NCBI GenBank assembly: GCA_040386535.1
Contig: JAZKFH010000085.1
Span: 1-30,125, forward strand
Direction: 5' to 3'
From: Myxococcota bacterium
GTDB lineage: Bacteria; Myxococcota_A; UBA796; SXON01
DNA length: 30,125 bases
Shown here: piece by piece, positions 8,054 through 16,438 of the stretch
Numbering within the stretch: the stretch's first letter is position 1
Layout of the letters: the number at the start of each line of letters is the position of its first letter
Notes under the pieces: model-generated
What the model saw: only the letters and a program-made list of their open reading frames with translations
Database searches by the model: none
Told to the model about the DNA's origin: nothing
Translations under genes and position numbers: made by a program

Positions 8054-9374
8054 ACTCCATTCACGACGCGCGCGCCGGTTCGCCCACGGGATCGCGCTGG
8101 CGCTGCTGGACGGGGAGTGGACCCCGAAGGCGGCCCGCGCGCGCGTCGAGTTGGCCGTGGGCGCGCCGGCGGCGTGGATCGCGGCGCTGGTGCGGCGGGT
8201 GCGGACGCGGTTTCCCGAGCGGCCGGGCGACGACGACGAGCTGTGGCGGATGCTCTGCACCGACCGCGGGCTGGGCCGGGTCTGGGTGGAGCGCCGCCCC
8301 CACATCGTGCGCTGGTACACGCCCACGATGACGATGACGCCGCGCTGGGGCGTGCCCACGTGGCCGACGACGGGGCAGGTTGCCGCGGCCCTCGCGCACT
8401 CGCCCGGTGAGCTCTCCTGGTACGCGGATCGGCGCGGGTGGGAGAGTCGGGTCGAGGGGCCGCTCCGCCACTACCGCTACGCCTGGGCCGCGAAGAAGGC
8501 GGGGGGGCACCGCATGCTCGAGACGCCCAAGCCGCGGCTGAAAGAGCTCCAGCGGCGGATCCTGCACCGCGTGCTCGATGCCATCCCGCCGCACCCCGCG
8601 GCCGTCGGCTTCCGGCGGGGCCGCTCCGTGCGCGACCACGCCGAAGCGCACGTCGGCGCCCCCGTGCTGCTCCGGATGGACTTCGAGGACTTCTTCCTCA
8701 CCACCCGCGGGTCCCGCGTGGTGCGGGTCTTCCGCGCCGCGGGCTACCCGAGTCAGGTCGCGTACACGCTCGCCGGCCTCTGCACCAACGTCGCGCCCGC
8801 CAACGTCCGTGCGGCGCCGCTGCCGGCCGATCCCGCGCTCCTCGCCGCGCGAAATCGCGCCGCCGCCCGGCTCGCCGGCCCGCACCTCCCCCAGGGCGCG
8901 CCGACCTCCCCCGCGCTCGCCAACCTGTGTGCATGGCGCCTGGATCGCCGGCTCGCGGGGCTCGCCCGCGCCCTGCGGCTCACCTACACCCGCTACGCCG
9001 ACGATCTCGCGTTTTCCGGCGCCCTCTCCGCCCACGCGGCCGACGGGCTCGCCGCCCGCGTCGCCGCCATCTCCGCCGAGGAGGGGTACACCGTCAACCA
9101 CCGGAAGACCCGCGTGATGCGCGCCTCGCAGCGGCAGATCCTCGGCGGCATCGTCGTGAACGAGCGGCCGAACGTGCCCCGCCCCGACTATGATCTCCTC
9201 AAGGCCACGCTCCACAACTGCGTCCGCCACGGCCCGTCCGAGCAGAACCGCGAGGCCCGCCCCGACTTCCGGGCCCACCTCGCCGGGCGCGTCGCCTGGG
9301 TCGCGTTCCTGAATCCGTCCCGCGGGGCGAAGCTCCAGGCCCTCCTCGACCAGATCGTGTGGGGAGAGAGGTAG
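7986..9374 (+). CDS. Retron-type reverse transcriptase (RNA-directed DNA polymerase) with N-terminal extension
   Basis: Motifs HYRY..KKAGGHRMLETPKPRLKELQRRIL, AVGFRRGRS, HAEAH (NAxxH equivalent), MDFEDFF, LPQGAPTSPALAN, YTRYADDLAFSG and ILGGIVVN (VTG equivalent). No maturase or endonuclease domain. The start codon is uncertain. Confidence 0.92.
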   Translation: MTRAAPKRDAGHAAQDSSGRPATLHSRRARRFAHGIALALLDGEWTPKAARARVELAVGAPAAWIAALVRRVRTRFPERPGDDDELWRMLCTDRGLGRVWVERRPHIVRWYTPTMTMTPRWGVPTWPTTGQVAAALAHSPGELSWYADRRGWESRVEGPLRHYRYAWAAKKAGGHRMLETPKPRLKELQRRILHRVLDAIPPHPAAVGFRRGRSVRDHAEAHVGAPVLLRMDFEDFFLTTRGSRVVRVFRAAGYPSQVAYTLAGLCTNVAPANVRAAPLPADPALLAARNRAAARLAGPHLPQGAPTSPALANLCAWRLDRRLAGLARALRLTYTRYADDLAFSGALSAHAADGLAARVAAISAEEGYTVNHRKTRVMRASQRQILGGIVVNERPNVPRPDYDLLKATLHNCVRHGPSEQNREARPDFRAHLAGRVAWVAFLNPSRGAKLQALLDQIVWGER

Positions 9375-9416
9375 CGCTTGGCCCCGCCGTCGGTGTTTCA
9401 ACACCGGAGAATCCCC

Positions 9417-10349
9417 ATGCGCCCCCTCGGTTGCTTCCTCGCCCTGATGCCCGCGTGCGACTTCCGCACGTGTGACCCCGTCGACGCCGCGCTGGTGAGC
9501 CTCCTGCCCGAGCGCCTCTCGGAGAGCGGCCTCTACGCGGGGCCCGACGAGCTCCTCGCCGAGGGGGTGATCGCCTACACCCCGCGGTTCGCCCTCTGGA
9601 GCGACGGCGCGGACAAGACGCGGTGGCTCTCGCTCCCGGTCGACACCGTCATCGACACCACCGATCCCGACGAGTGGCGGTTCCCCGAGGGGACACGCGC
9701 GTGGAAGGAGTTCGTGCGCGATGGCGTTCGCGTCGAGACGCGGATGCTCGAGAAGGTGGGCGCCGAGGACGACGCGTGGGTGGGCGTGGCCTACGTCTGG
9801 AACGACGACGCCACCGACGCCGTCGCCACGCTGACCGAGGTGCCCGACGCCCGCGGAACGGCCCACGACGTCCCCGCCGCGGAGGCGTGCGGAGCGTGCC
9901 ACGGCGGGCGGAGCAGCTTCGTGCTCGGCTTCTCCGCGGTCCAGCTCTCGGGCGCGGAGGGGTACGGGCTGGAAGACCTCGCCGCGGAGGGGCGGCTGAG
10001 CGCGACGGTTGCAGCCCCCACGGTGCCCGGCGACGACCTCGACCAGGAGGCCCTCGGCTACCTGCACGCCAATTGCAGCCACTGCCACAATCCCGATCGC
10101 CCCGAGCGGGACGGGGCGCGTTGCTACGACCCGCAGCTCCCCATCAACTTCTCGCTGCTCGCGGGCTCGCCGCCGCTCGATCAGACCCCGGCGCTCGCGA
10201 CGGCGCGCGATTTCCTCGGCGACGCCGACGGGAGCGTGGTCCTGCACCGGATCTCGACGCGCGACAACAGCTCGATGCCCCCGCTCGCGACCGAGGAGGT
10301 CGACCCCGCCGCCGTCGCCGCGCTCACGGCCTGGATCGACCGCCTCTGA
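9417..10349 (+). CDS. Diheme c-type cytochrome lipoprotein (SO2930-like family)
   Basis: GGAG SD and a LMPAC lipobox. Motifs LPERLSESGLY, LWSDGADKTRW, FPEGT..WKEF and VETRM; two heme motifs CGACH and CSHCH; C-terminal MPPLAT...WI. Confidence 0.8.
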   Translation: MRPLGCFLALMPACDFRTCDPVDAALVSLLPERLSESGLYAGPDELLAEGVIAYTPRFALWSDGADKTRWLSLPVDTVIDTTDPDEWRFPEGTRAWKEFVRDGVRVETRMLEKVGAEDDAWVGVAYVWNDDATDAVATLTEVPDARGTAHDVPAAEACGACHGGRSSFVLGFSAVQLSGAEGYGLEDLAAEGRLSATVAAPTVPGDDLDQEALGYLHANCSHCHNPDRPERDGARCYDPQLPINFSLLAGSPPLDQTPALATARDFLGDADGSVVLHRISTRDNSSMPPLATEEVDPAAVAALTAWIDRL

Positions 10350-10454
10350 ACGACCGGAGTCGCGTGACGCTTGTAAGCGACTGTCATGGCCGCCGGGGAG
10401 CCGGCGCCATACCCCCGCCTTTCCCGGGCTCCGCGTCCGAGGAAGGAAGCCGAT

Positions 10455-13400
10455 ATGTCCGCTCGCCCGCTCCTCGCCCTGGTCCTGCTCGTCGGCTGCC
10501 GCCCCGACACCGGCATCACCAAGTTCAACAACGAGCCGGAGGCCACGATCACCTCCCACGTGGACGGGGACCCGGTCGACGAGGGCTACGTCGTGACCTT
10601 CCGGGGCACGGTGTCGGACACGAACCACGGCTACGACGAGCTCGTCGCCACCTGGTTCGTCGGGGCGGACGAGCTCTGCGCCGAGGCGCCCGTGGCCGAG
10701 AGCGGCGAGTCCCTCTGCGAGGCCGTGCTGGGCGTCGGGGACGACGAGGTGCTGCTCGAAGGGCGCGACCCGGAGAACGCCACCGGCACCGCGCGCGTGG
10801 CGCTCGTGGTCAACGAGACGGACGCGCCCACGGCCGAGATCCTCTCGCCGACGGCGGCCGACCAGTACTACGCCGGGACCTCGGTGTCGGTGTCGGCGCT
10901 CGTGGCCGACACGGAGGAAGACGCCGATGCGCTCCTCGTCGCGTGGACCGACGAGGCGGGCGCGACGGTCGATCTCGACGCGAGCCCCGACGCGGACGGC
11001 GCGCTGACCGGCGAGCTGACCCTCCTCGAGGGCGACCACTCGCTCACGCTGAGCGTGACGGACGGCAGCGGCAAGATCGGCCGCGCCAGCGTGGCGTACA
11101 CGGTGGGCGCCGAGAACTCCGCGCCGACCTGCGCGATCACCGCGCCGCTGGCCGGCGCCAACGCCGAGCTGGGCGCCTCGGTCGACCTCGCCGCGCTCCT
11201 CACCGATCCCGACGTGGACGGCACCGCGCTCTCCGCCACGTGGTCGAGCGATCTCGACGGCGCGCTGGGCACCGCCACGGTCAACGCCGACGGCACGTCG
11301 GTCCTCGTCCTCGACACGCTCTCCTTCGGCACCCACCTCCTCACGGTCACGGGCACCGACGACGTGGGCGCCACCTGCTCGGCCGACGTGGTGTTCTCCA
11401 TCGGCACGCCCCCGGACGTGACGATCGACGCGCCGCTCGACGGGGACCTGTTCAACGAGGGCGACCTCGTCTCCTTCTTCGCGACGGTGTCCGACTCGGG
11501 CACCTCGGCCGACGCGCTCGTCCTGACCTGGGAGAGCGACGTGGACGGGCTGCTCGACGGCACCCCGGCCGACGCGACGGGCCTCGCCACGTTCGACGCC
11601 GACTGGCTCACGCCCGGTGAGCACGTCGTCACCCTCGCGGTGCTCGATCTCGACGGCTTGTACGCCGAGGCCGACGTCACGTTCACGATCAACGGGCTCC
11701 CCACCGCGCCCACCGTCTACATCGAGCCCACTTCTCCGGTCACGACCGACACCCTCGTCGGCATCCTCGACGGGGGCGCCGTCGATCCCGAGGGCGATCC
11801 GGTCGCCTACACCTGGGCGTGGACCCGTGACGGCGCCGCCACCGCCTACACGACCGACACCGTGCCCGCCGCCGCGACCACGCGCGGCGAGGTGTGGGAG
11901 ATGACCGTCACCCCGAACGACGGCTGGGGGGACGGCGCGCCCGGCACCGCCTCGGTCACCATCGGGAACAGCGCGCCCGTGCTCGCCGACGCCACGCTCT
12001 CGCCCGACCCGGCGTGGGAGGGCAGCACGTTGACGTGCTCGCCCGGCAGCACCTCGGACGCCGACGGGGACAGCGTCTCCACCACCTACGCGTGGACGGT
12101 GAACGGCCTCACGATCGCCTCGACCGACGCGGCGTTGGCCGACTCGTGGTGGTCCGCCGGCGACGTGGTCGCGTGCATCGTCACCCCGACCGACGGCACG
12201 ACCGCGGGCGCCGCGGTGGTCTCCAACCGCGTCACCATCGACAACTTCGCCCCCACGATCACGTCGGTGTCGATCTCCCCGGCCTCCGCCGCCGCGGACG
12301 ACACGCTCACCTGCATCGCGTCGGGCTTCACCGACGCGGACGGCGACGCGGACGCGACCACCTACGCGTGGACCGTGAACGGCGCGGCCGCCGGCACCGG
12401 AACCACGCTCGCGGGCGCATTCGTCGGCGGGGACGAGGTGGTGTGCACCGCCACCCCGTTCGACGGCACGACCAGCGGCCCGGCCCTCTCCGACAGCCTC
12501 GTCATCGACAACACGGCGCCCGTGCTCGCCAGCGTCTCGCTCACGCCGGCCGCGCCCACCGTCGCCGACACCCTCGTGTGCGCGCCCGGCACCACGACCG
12601 ACCTCGACGGCACCACGACCTTCTCGTACACCTACGCCTGGACGATCGGCGGCGGCGCGATCGCCGCGACCTCGGCCACGCTCACCTCGGCCGACTTCGA
12701 GAGCGGCGACGTGGTGCGCTGTCGCATCACCCCGAACGACGGCACGGACGACGGCGCGGCGATGACCTCCGCCGCGGTCACCATCGTGAACACGGCGCCC
12801 ACGGTGGCCTCGGTCACCCTCTCGCCGAGCGCGCCCGACACCGACGACACGCTCACCGCCTCGGCCTCCGGCGCGGACGCCGACGGGGACGCGGTCTCGT
12901 TCACCTACACCTGGTACGTGGATGGCAGCGTCGTCGTCGCGACCGGCGCCACCCTCTCGGGCACGTTCTTCGCGCGTGACGAGGAGGTGTACGTCGTCGC
13001 CACCGCCACGGACGGCACGGACAGCGGCACGTCGATGGCCTCCGCCACGGTCACCGTGGTGAACAGCGCGCCGTCGCTCACGACGGCCACCATCAGCCCC
13101 GATCCCGCCACCGTCGCGAGCACGCTCACGTGCGCCGGCGCCGGTTTTGCCGACGCGGACGGAGACGCCGACGCGACGAGCTTCGCGTGGACCGTGAACG
13201 GCACGGCCGCGGGCACCGGCCCCACGTTGGCGAGCGGCTTCGGCGCCGGCGACGTGGTCGTGTGCACCGCCACCCCGAATGACGGCACCGACACGGGCAC
13301 CGCCCGCACCGACTCTGTCACCATCGCCAACACGGCCCCGGTGCTCGCGAGCGTGAGCCTCACGCCCACGTCGGCCACCGAGGCGAGCACGCTCACGTGC

Positions 13401-16316
13401 ACGCCCGCCACCGCGACCGACGCCGACGGGGACGCCGTCACGTACACCTACGCCTGGTACGTCAACGGCGCGGTGATCGCGCCCACGTCGACCACGTTGA
13501 CGGGCACGTACTTCAACCGCGACGGCACCGTGTACTGCCGCGTCACGCCGAACGACGGCACCGTCAGCGGCACGGCGGCCACCTCGGCCACCGTCACCAT
13601 CGACAACACGGCGCCGGTCCTCTCGTCGGTCACCCTCTCCACCTACACCCCGGGCACGAGCGACACGCTCACCGCCTCGGTCAGCGCCTCCGACATCGAC
13701 GCGGACTCGCTCTCCTACACCTACGCCTGGTACGTGAACGGCAGCGTCGTGGCCGCCACGGGCGCCACGCTCTCCGGCGCCACGTACTTCGACCGCGGCG
13801 ACACCGTGTACGTGCGCGTCACGCCGACGGACGGGACCGACGCGGGCACGGCGATGGCCTCCTCGACCGCCACCGTCACCAACGCGGCGCCCACGATCAC
13901 CAGCGTCGCGATCACCCCGACCACGGCCTACGCGGACGACACGCTCACCTGCACCGTCACCGGCTACAGCGACGCGGACGGGGACGCCAGCGCGTCGACC
14001 TACGCGTGGACGGTGGACGGCGTGGCGGCCGGCACCGGCAGCACCCTCTCGAGCGGGTTCGCCCGCGGCGACGTGGTGGTGTGCACCGTGACCCCGAACG
14101 ACGGCACCACCACCGGCACCCCGGCGGTCTCCCCAAGCGTCACCATCGCCAACACGGTCCCCGTGCTCGCGAGCGTGAGCCTCACGCCCACAACCGCGTC
14201 CGAAGCGAGCACGCTCACCTGCACGCCCGGCACCGCGACCGACGCCGACGGCACGACCAGCTTCTCGTACACCTACGCGTGGTCCGTGAACGGCTCCACC
14301 ATCGCCGCCACCAGCACGACCCTCACCGGCTCGAGCTTCAGCGGCGGCGACACCGTGGCCTGCCGCGTCACCCCGAGCGACGGCGTGGGCGCGGGCAGCG
14401 CGACCACGTCGAACACCGTCACCATCGGCAACAGCGCCCCGGCCCTCGCGACGGTCACGCTCAACAGCTACACGCCCGCCACCAGCGACACGCTCACCGT
14501 CACGGTCACCTCCTCGGACGCCGACGGCGACAGCGTTTCCTACACCTACGCCTGGTACGTCAACGGCAGCGTGGTCGCCGCCACGGGCACCACCCTCTCG
14601 GGCGCGACGTACTTCGACCGCGGCGACACCGTGTACGTGCGCGTCACGCCGACGGACGGCACCGACGCGGGCACGCCGATGAGCTCGTCCACGGCGACGG
14701 TGGCGAACACGCTGCCCGTCCTCTCCGCGGTGTCGCTCACCCCGACCACCGCCACCGAGGCGAGCACGCTCACGTGCGCCCCCAGCGCGGCGGACGCCGA
14801 CAGCGACAGCATCAGCTACGCCTACGCCTGGTACGTGAACAGCGCGGTGATCGCGCCCACGACCTCCACCCTCACCGGCACGTACTTCTCGTCCGGCAAC
14901 ACCGTGTACTGCCGCGTCACGCCGAGCGATTCGTCGGGCAGCGGCACGGCGATGAGCGCCTCCGCCGTCACCGTCGGCAACACCGCGCCCGTCATGACCT
15001 CGGTGACGCTCACCCCCACCACCGCGTACGAGGCGAACACGCTCACGTGCACGCCGACCGCGACGGACGCCGACGGCACCACGCCCACCTACACGTACAC
15101 CTGGTACGTGAACAGCTCGCTGATCGCCCCGGTGACGAGCACGATCACGGGCGCGTACTTCAGCCGCGGCAACACGGTCTACTGCCGGGCCACCCCGAGC
15201 GATGGCACCACGTCGGGCACCGCGAGCAGCTCCAGCACCGTCACGATCTCCAACACCGCGCCGGTCGTCTCGTCGGTCACGCTCTCGCCCACGCTCGTCT
15301 ACACGAGCGACACGATCACCGCCTCGGTGAGCGCGTCCGACGCCGATGCGGACAGCATCTCCTACACCTACGCCTGGTACGTCAACGGCGTGCTCTCCGC
15401 GGCCACGGGCTCCTCGCTCTCCGGCGCCACGTACTTCAGCAAGACCAACACCGTGTATGTGCGCGTCACGCCGACGGACGGCACCACGTCGGGCTCCGCG
15501 TCCACCTCCAGCACCGTGACCATCGGCAACAGCACGCCGGCGGCGCCCGTGGTCTCCATCAACCCGGAGGACCCCGAGGCGGCCCTCGACCCGCTCGTGT
15601 GCAGCATCGACACCGCGGCCACGGACGCCGACGGGGACAGCCTCACCTACGCGTTCACCTGGACGAAGAACGGCAGCAGCTACACCGGGGACACGGACAC
15701 CAGCACGACCAGCACGGTGCCGGCCTCCGCTGCGGCCGCCACCAACGTGTTCGTCTGCCGGGTGACCGCGTCGGACGGGACCACCACGTCGTCCACCGCG
15801 ACCGACACGGTGACGGTGCTCGGTGCCAGCTACACCATCGGCTACACGACCCCCTTCGCCACCCCGGGCACCGGGTACTCGGGCGGAGGGTCCAGCACCT
15901 ACAGCCTCGGACAGGCGATCACGGTCTCGTCGGCGGTGCAGCTCTACTCGCTCGGCGCGGGCCTGCGCCTCACGAACACCACCGACTCGATCCGGATGGC
16001 GCTGTACACCAACTCGGGGGGGGCGCCCGGCACGCTCGTCGCCTACACCGCGTGGACCGCGCTGAGCCCCTACGCCGCGGGAACGAACGTGGAGATGGAC
16101 GTTGTGGGCGGGCCGATCTCCCTGCCGGCCGGAACCTACTGGATCATGATCAACACGACGGGCGGCCGGATCTACTTCAACTACACGACGAGCGGCGCCT
16201 CGGGCAACACCGTCATCTACAACCTCCTCGGCAGTGCCGCGGCCTTCCCCACCTCGTTCGGCTCCGCGTCCAGCTACACGGGCCAGTACCTCGGCCACTA
16301 CATGGTGGTGCGGTAG
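10455..16316 (+). CDS. Giant (~1950 aa) surface lipoprotein/adhesin with tandem Ig-like repeats
   Basis: MSARPLLALVLLVGC lipobox, about 4 N-terminal PKD/Ig-like domains, then 15 repeats of about 90 aa (NxAP..DTLTC..DADGD..YxWxVNG..GDxVxCxVTPxDG) and a distinct Tyr-rich C-terminal beta domain. Confidence 0.88.
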   Translation: MSARPLLALVLLVGCRPDTGITKFNNEPEATITSHVDGDPVDEGYVVTFRGTVSDTNHGYDELVATWFVGADELCAEAPVAESGESLCEAVLGVGDDEVLLEGRDPENATGTARVALVVNETDAPTAEILSPTAADQYYAGTSVSVSALVADTEEDADALLVAWTDEAGATVDLDASPDADGALTGELTLLEGDHSLTLSVTDGSGKIGRASVAYTVGAENSAPTCAITAPLAGANAELGASVDLAALLTDPDVDGTALSATWSSDLDGALGTATVNADGTSVLVLDTLSFGTHLLTVTGTDDVGATCSADVVFSIGTPPDVTIDAPLDGDLFNEGDLVSFFATVSDSGTSADALVLTWESDVDGLLDGTPADATGLATFDADWLTPGEHVVTLAVLDLDGLYAEADVTFTINGLPTAPTVYIEPTSPVTTDTLVGILDGGAVDPEGDPVAYTWAWTRDGAATAYTTDTVPAAATTRGEVWEMTVTPNDGWGDGAPGTASVTIGNSAPVLADATLSPDPAWEGSTLTCSPGSTSDADGDSVSTTYAWTVNGLTIASTDAALADSWWSAGDVVACIVTPTDGTTAGAAVVSNRVTIDNFAPTITSVSISPASAAADDTLTCIASGFTDADGDADATTYAWTVNGAAAGTGTTLAGAFVGGDEVVCTATPFDGTTSGPALSDSLVIDNTAPVLASVSLTPAAPTVADTLVCAPGTTTDLDGTTTFSYTYAWTIGGGAIAATSATLTSADFESGDVVRCRITPNDGTDDGAAMTSAAVTIVNTAPTVASVTLSPSAPDTDDTLTASASGADADGDAVSFTYTWYVDGSVVVATGATLSGTFFARDEEVYVVATATDGTDSGTSMASATVTVVNSAPSLTTATISPDPATVASTLTCAGAGFADADGDADATSFAWTVNGTAAGTGPTLASGFGAGDVVVCTATPNDGTDTGTARTDSVTIANTAPVLASVSLTPTSATEASTLTCTPATATDADGDAVTYTYAWYVNGAVIAPTSTTLTGTYFNRDGTVYCRVTPNDGTVSGTAATSATVTIDNTAPVLSSVTLSTYTPGTSDTLTASVSASDIDADSLSYTYAWYVNGSVVAATGATLSGATYFDRGDTVYVRVTPTDGTDAGTAMASSTATVTNAAPTITSVAITPTTAYADDTLTCTVTGYSDADGDASASTYAWTVDGVAAGTGSTLSSGFARGDVVVCTVTPNDGTTTGTPAVSPSVTIANTVPVLASVSLTPTTASEASTLTCTPGTATDADGTTSFSYTYAWSVNGSTIAATSTTLTGSSFSGGDTVACRVTPSDGVGAGSATTSNTVTIGNSAPALATVTLNSYTPATSDTLTVTVTSSDADGDSVSYTYAWYVNGSVVAATGTTLSGATYFDRGDTVYVRVTPTDGTDAGTPMSSSTATVANTLPVLSAVSLTPTTATEASTLTCAPSAADADSDSISYAYAWYVNSAVIAPTTSTLTGTYFSSGNTVYCRVTPSDSSGSGTAMSASAVTVGNTAPVMTSVTLTPTTAYEANTLTCTPTATDADGTTPTYTYTWYVNSSLIAPVTSTITGAYFSRGNTVYCRATPSDGTTSGTASSSSTVTISNTAPVVSSVTLSPTLVYTSDTITASVSASDADADSISYTYAWYVNGVLSAATGSSLSGATYFSKTNTVYVRVTPTDGTTSGSASTSSTVTIGNSTPAAPVVSINPEDPEAALDPLVCSIDTAATDADGDSLTYAFTWTKNGSSYTGDTDTSTTSTVPASAAAATNVFVCRVTASDGTTTSSTATDTVTVLGASYTIGYTTPFATPGTGYSGGGSSTYSLGQAITVSSAVQLYSLGAGLRLTNTTDSIRMALYTNSGGAPGTLVAYTAWTALSPYAAGTNVEMDVVGGPISLPAGTYWIMINTTGGRIYFNYTTSGASGNTVIYNLLGSAAAFPTSFGSASSYTGQYLGHYMVVR
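11690..15820 (+). repeat. Array of 15 coding repeats of about 270 bp each
   Basis: For example, 13716-13850 and 14541-14676 are nearly identical and differ mainly at synonymous positions. Confidence 0.85.
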
Positions 16317-16326
16317 CTGGTTCCGG

Positions 16327-16345
16327 GGGCGAAACCGCCCGTTAT
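16327..16345 (+). terminator. Possible small terminator hairpin after the giant lipoprotein gene
   Basis: GGGCG-AAAC-CGCCC followed by GTTAT; the U-tract is weak. Confidence 0.3.
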
Positions 16346-16351
16346 GGCCGG

Positions 16352-16438
16352 TGATACCATCGGGAGGACGCCTCCGATAGTCTGGGAACGATCGTCGCGA
16401 CTGCGCTGATCTCTTCCCAGACTCTCGGAGGCTTTTCC
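16352..16438 (+). promoter_or_regulatory. Extended -10 plus a long 5'-leader hairpin occluding the RBS of the tail-collar gene
   Basis: TGaTACCAT at 16352-16360. Stems GCCTCCGA/TCGGAGGC (16370-77/16425-32), AGTCTGGGAA/TTCCCAGACT (16379-88/16414-23) and GATC/GATC. The SD GGAGG is inside the 3' arm, which is followed by TTTT and ATG 16439. Confidence 0.7.

Noticed and set aside
7847..9416. Group II intron or CRISPR-associated RT
   Set aside because: There is no room for intron domains I-VI, no domain V-like hairpin after the ORF, no maturase or endonuclease domain, and no cas genes or array.
8061..16298. 2745-aa antisense ORF, and many other long overlapping ORFs
   Set aside because: It is in codon register with three plus-strand genes that share one frame. 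Antisense stops need TTA, CTA or TCA sense codons, which are rare at this GC content. The product is low-complexity R/G/A-rich shadow sequence.
7986..16316. Diversity-generating retroelement (RT plus repeated segments of the giant protein as TR/VR)
   Set aside because: The RT has retron-type LPQGAPTSP/YADD rather than DGR-type motifs. The repeat pairs differ at synonymous non-adenine positions, and I saw no non-coding template copy of the C-terminus and no avd gene.
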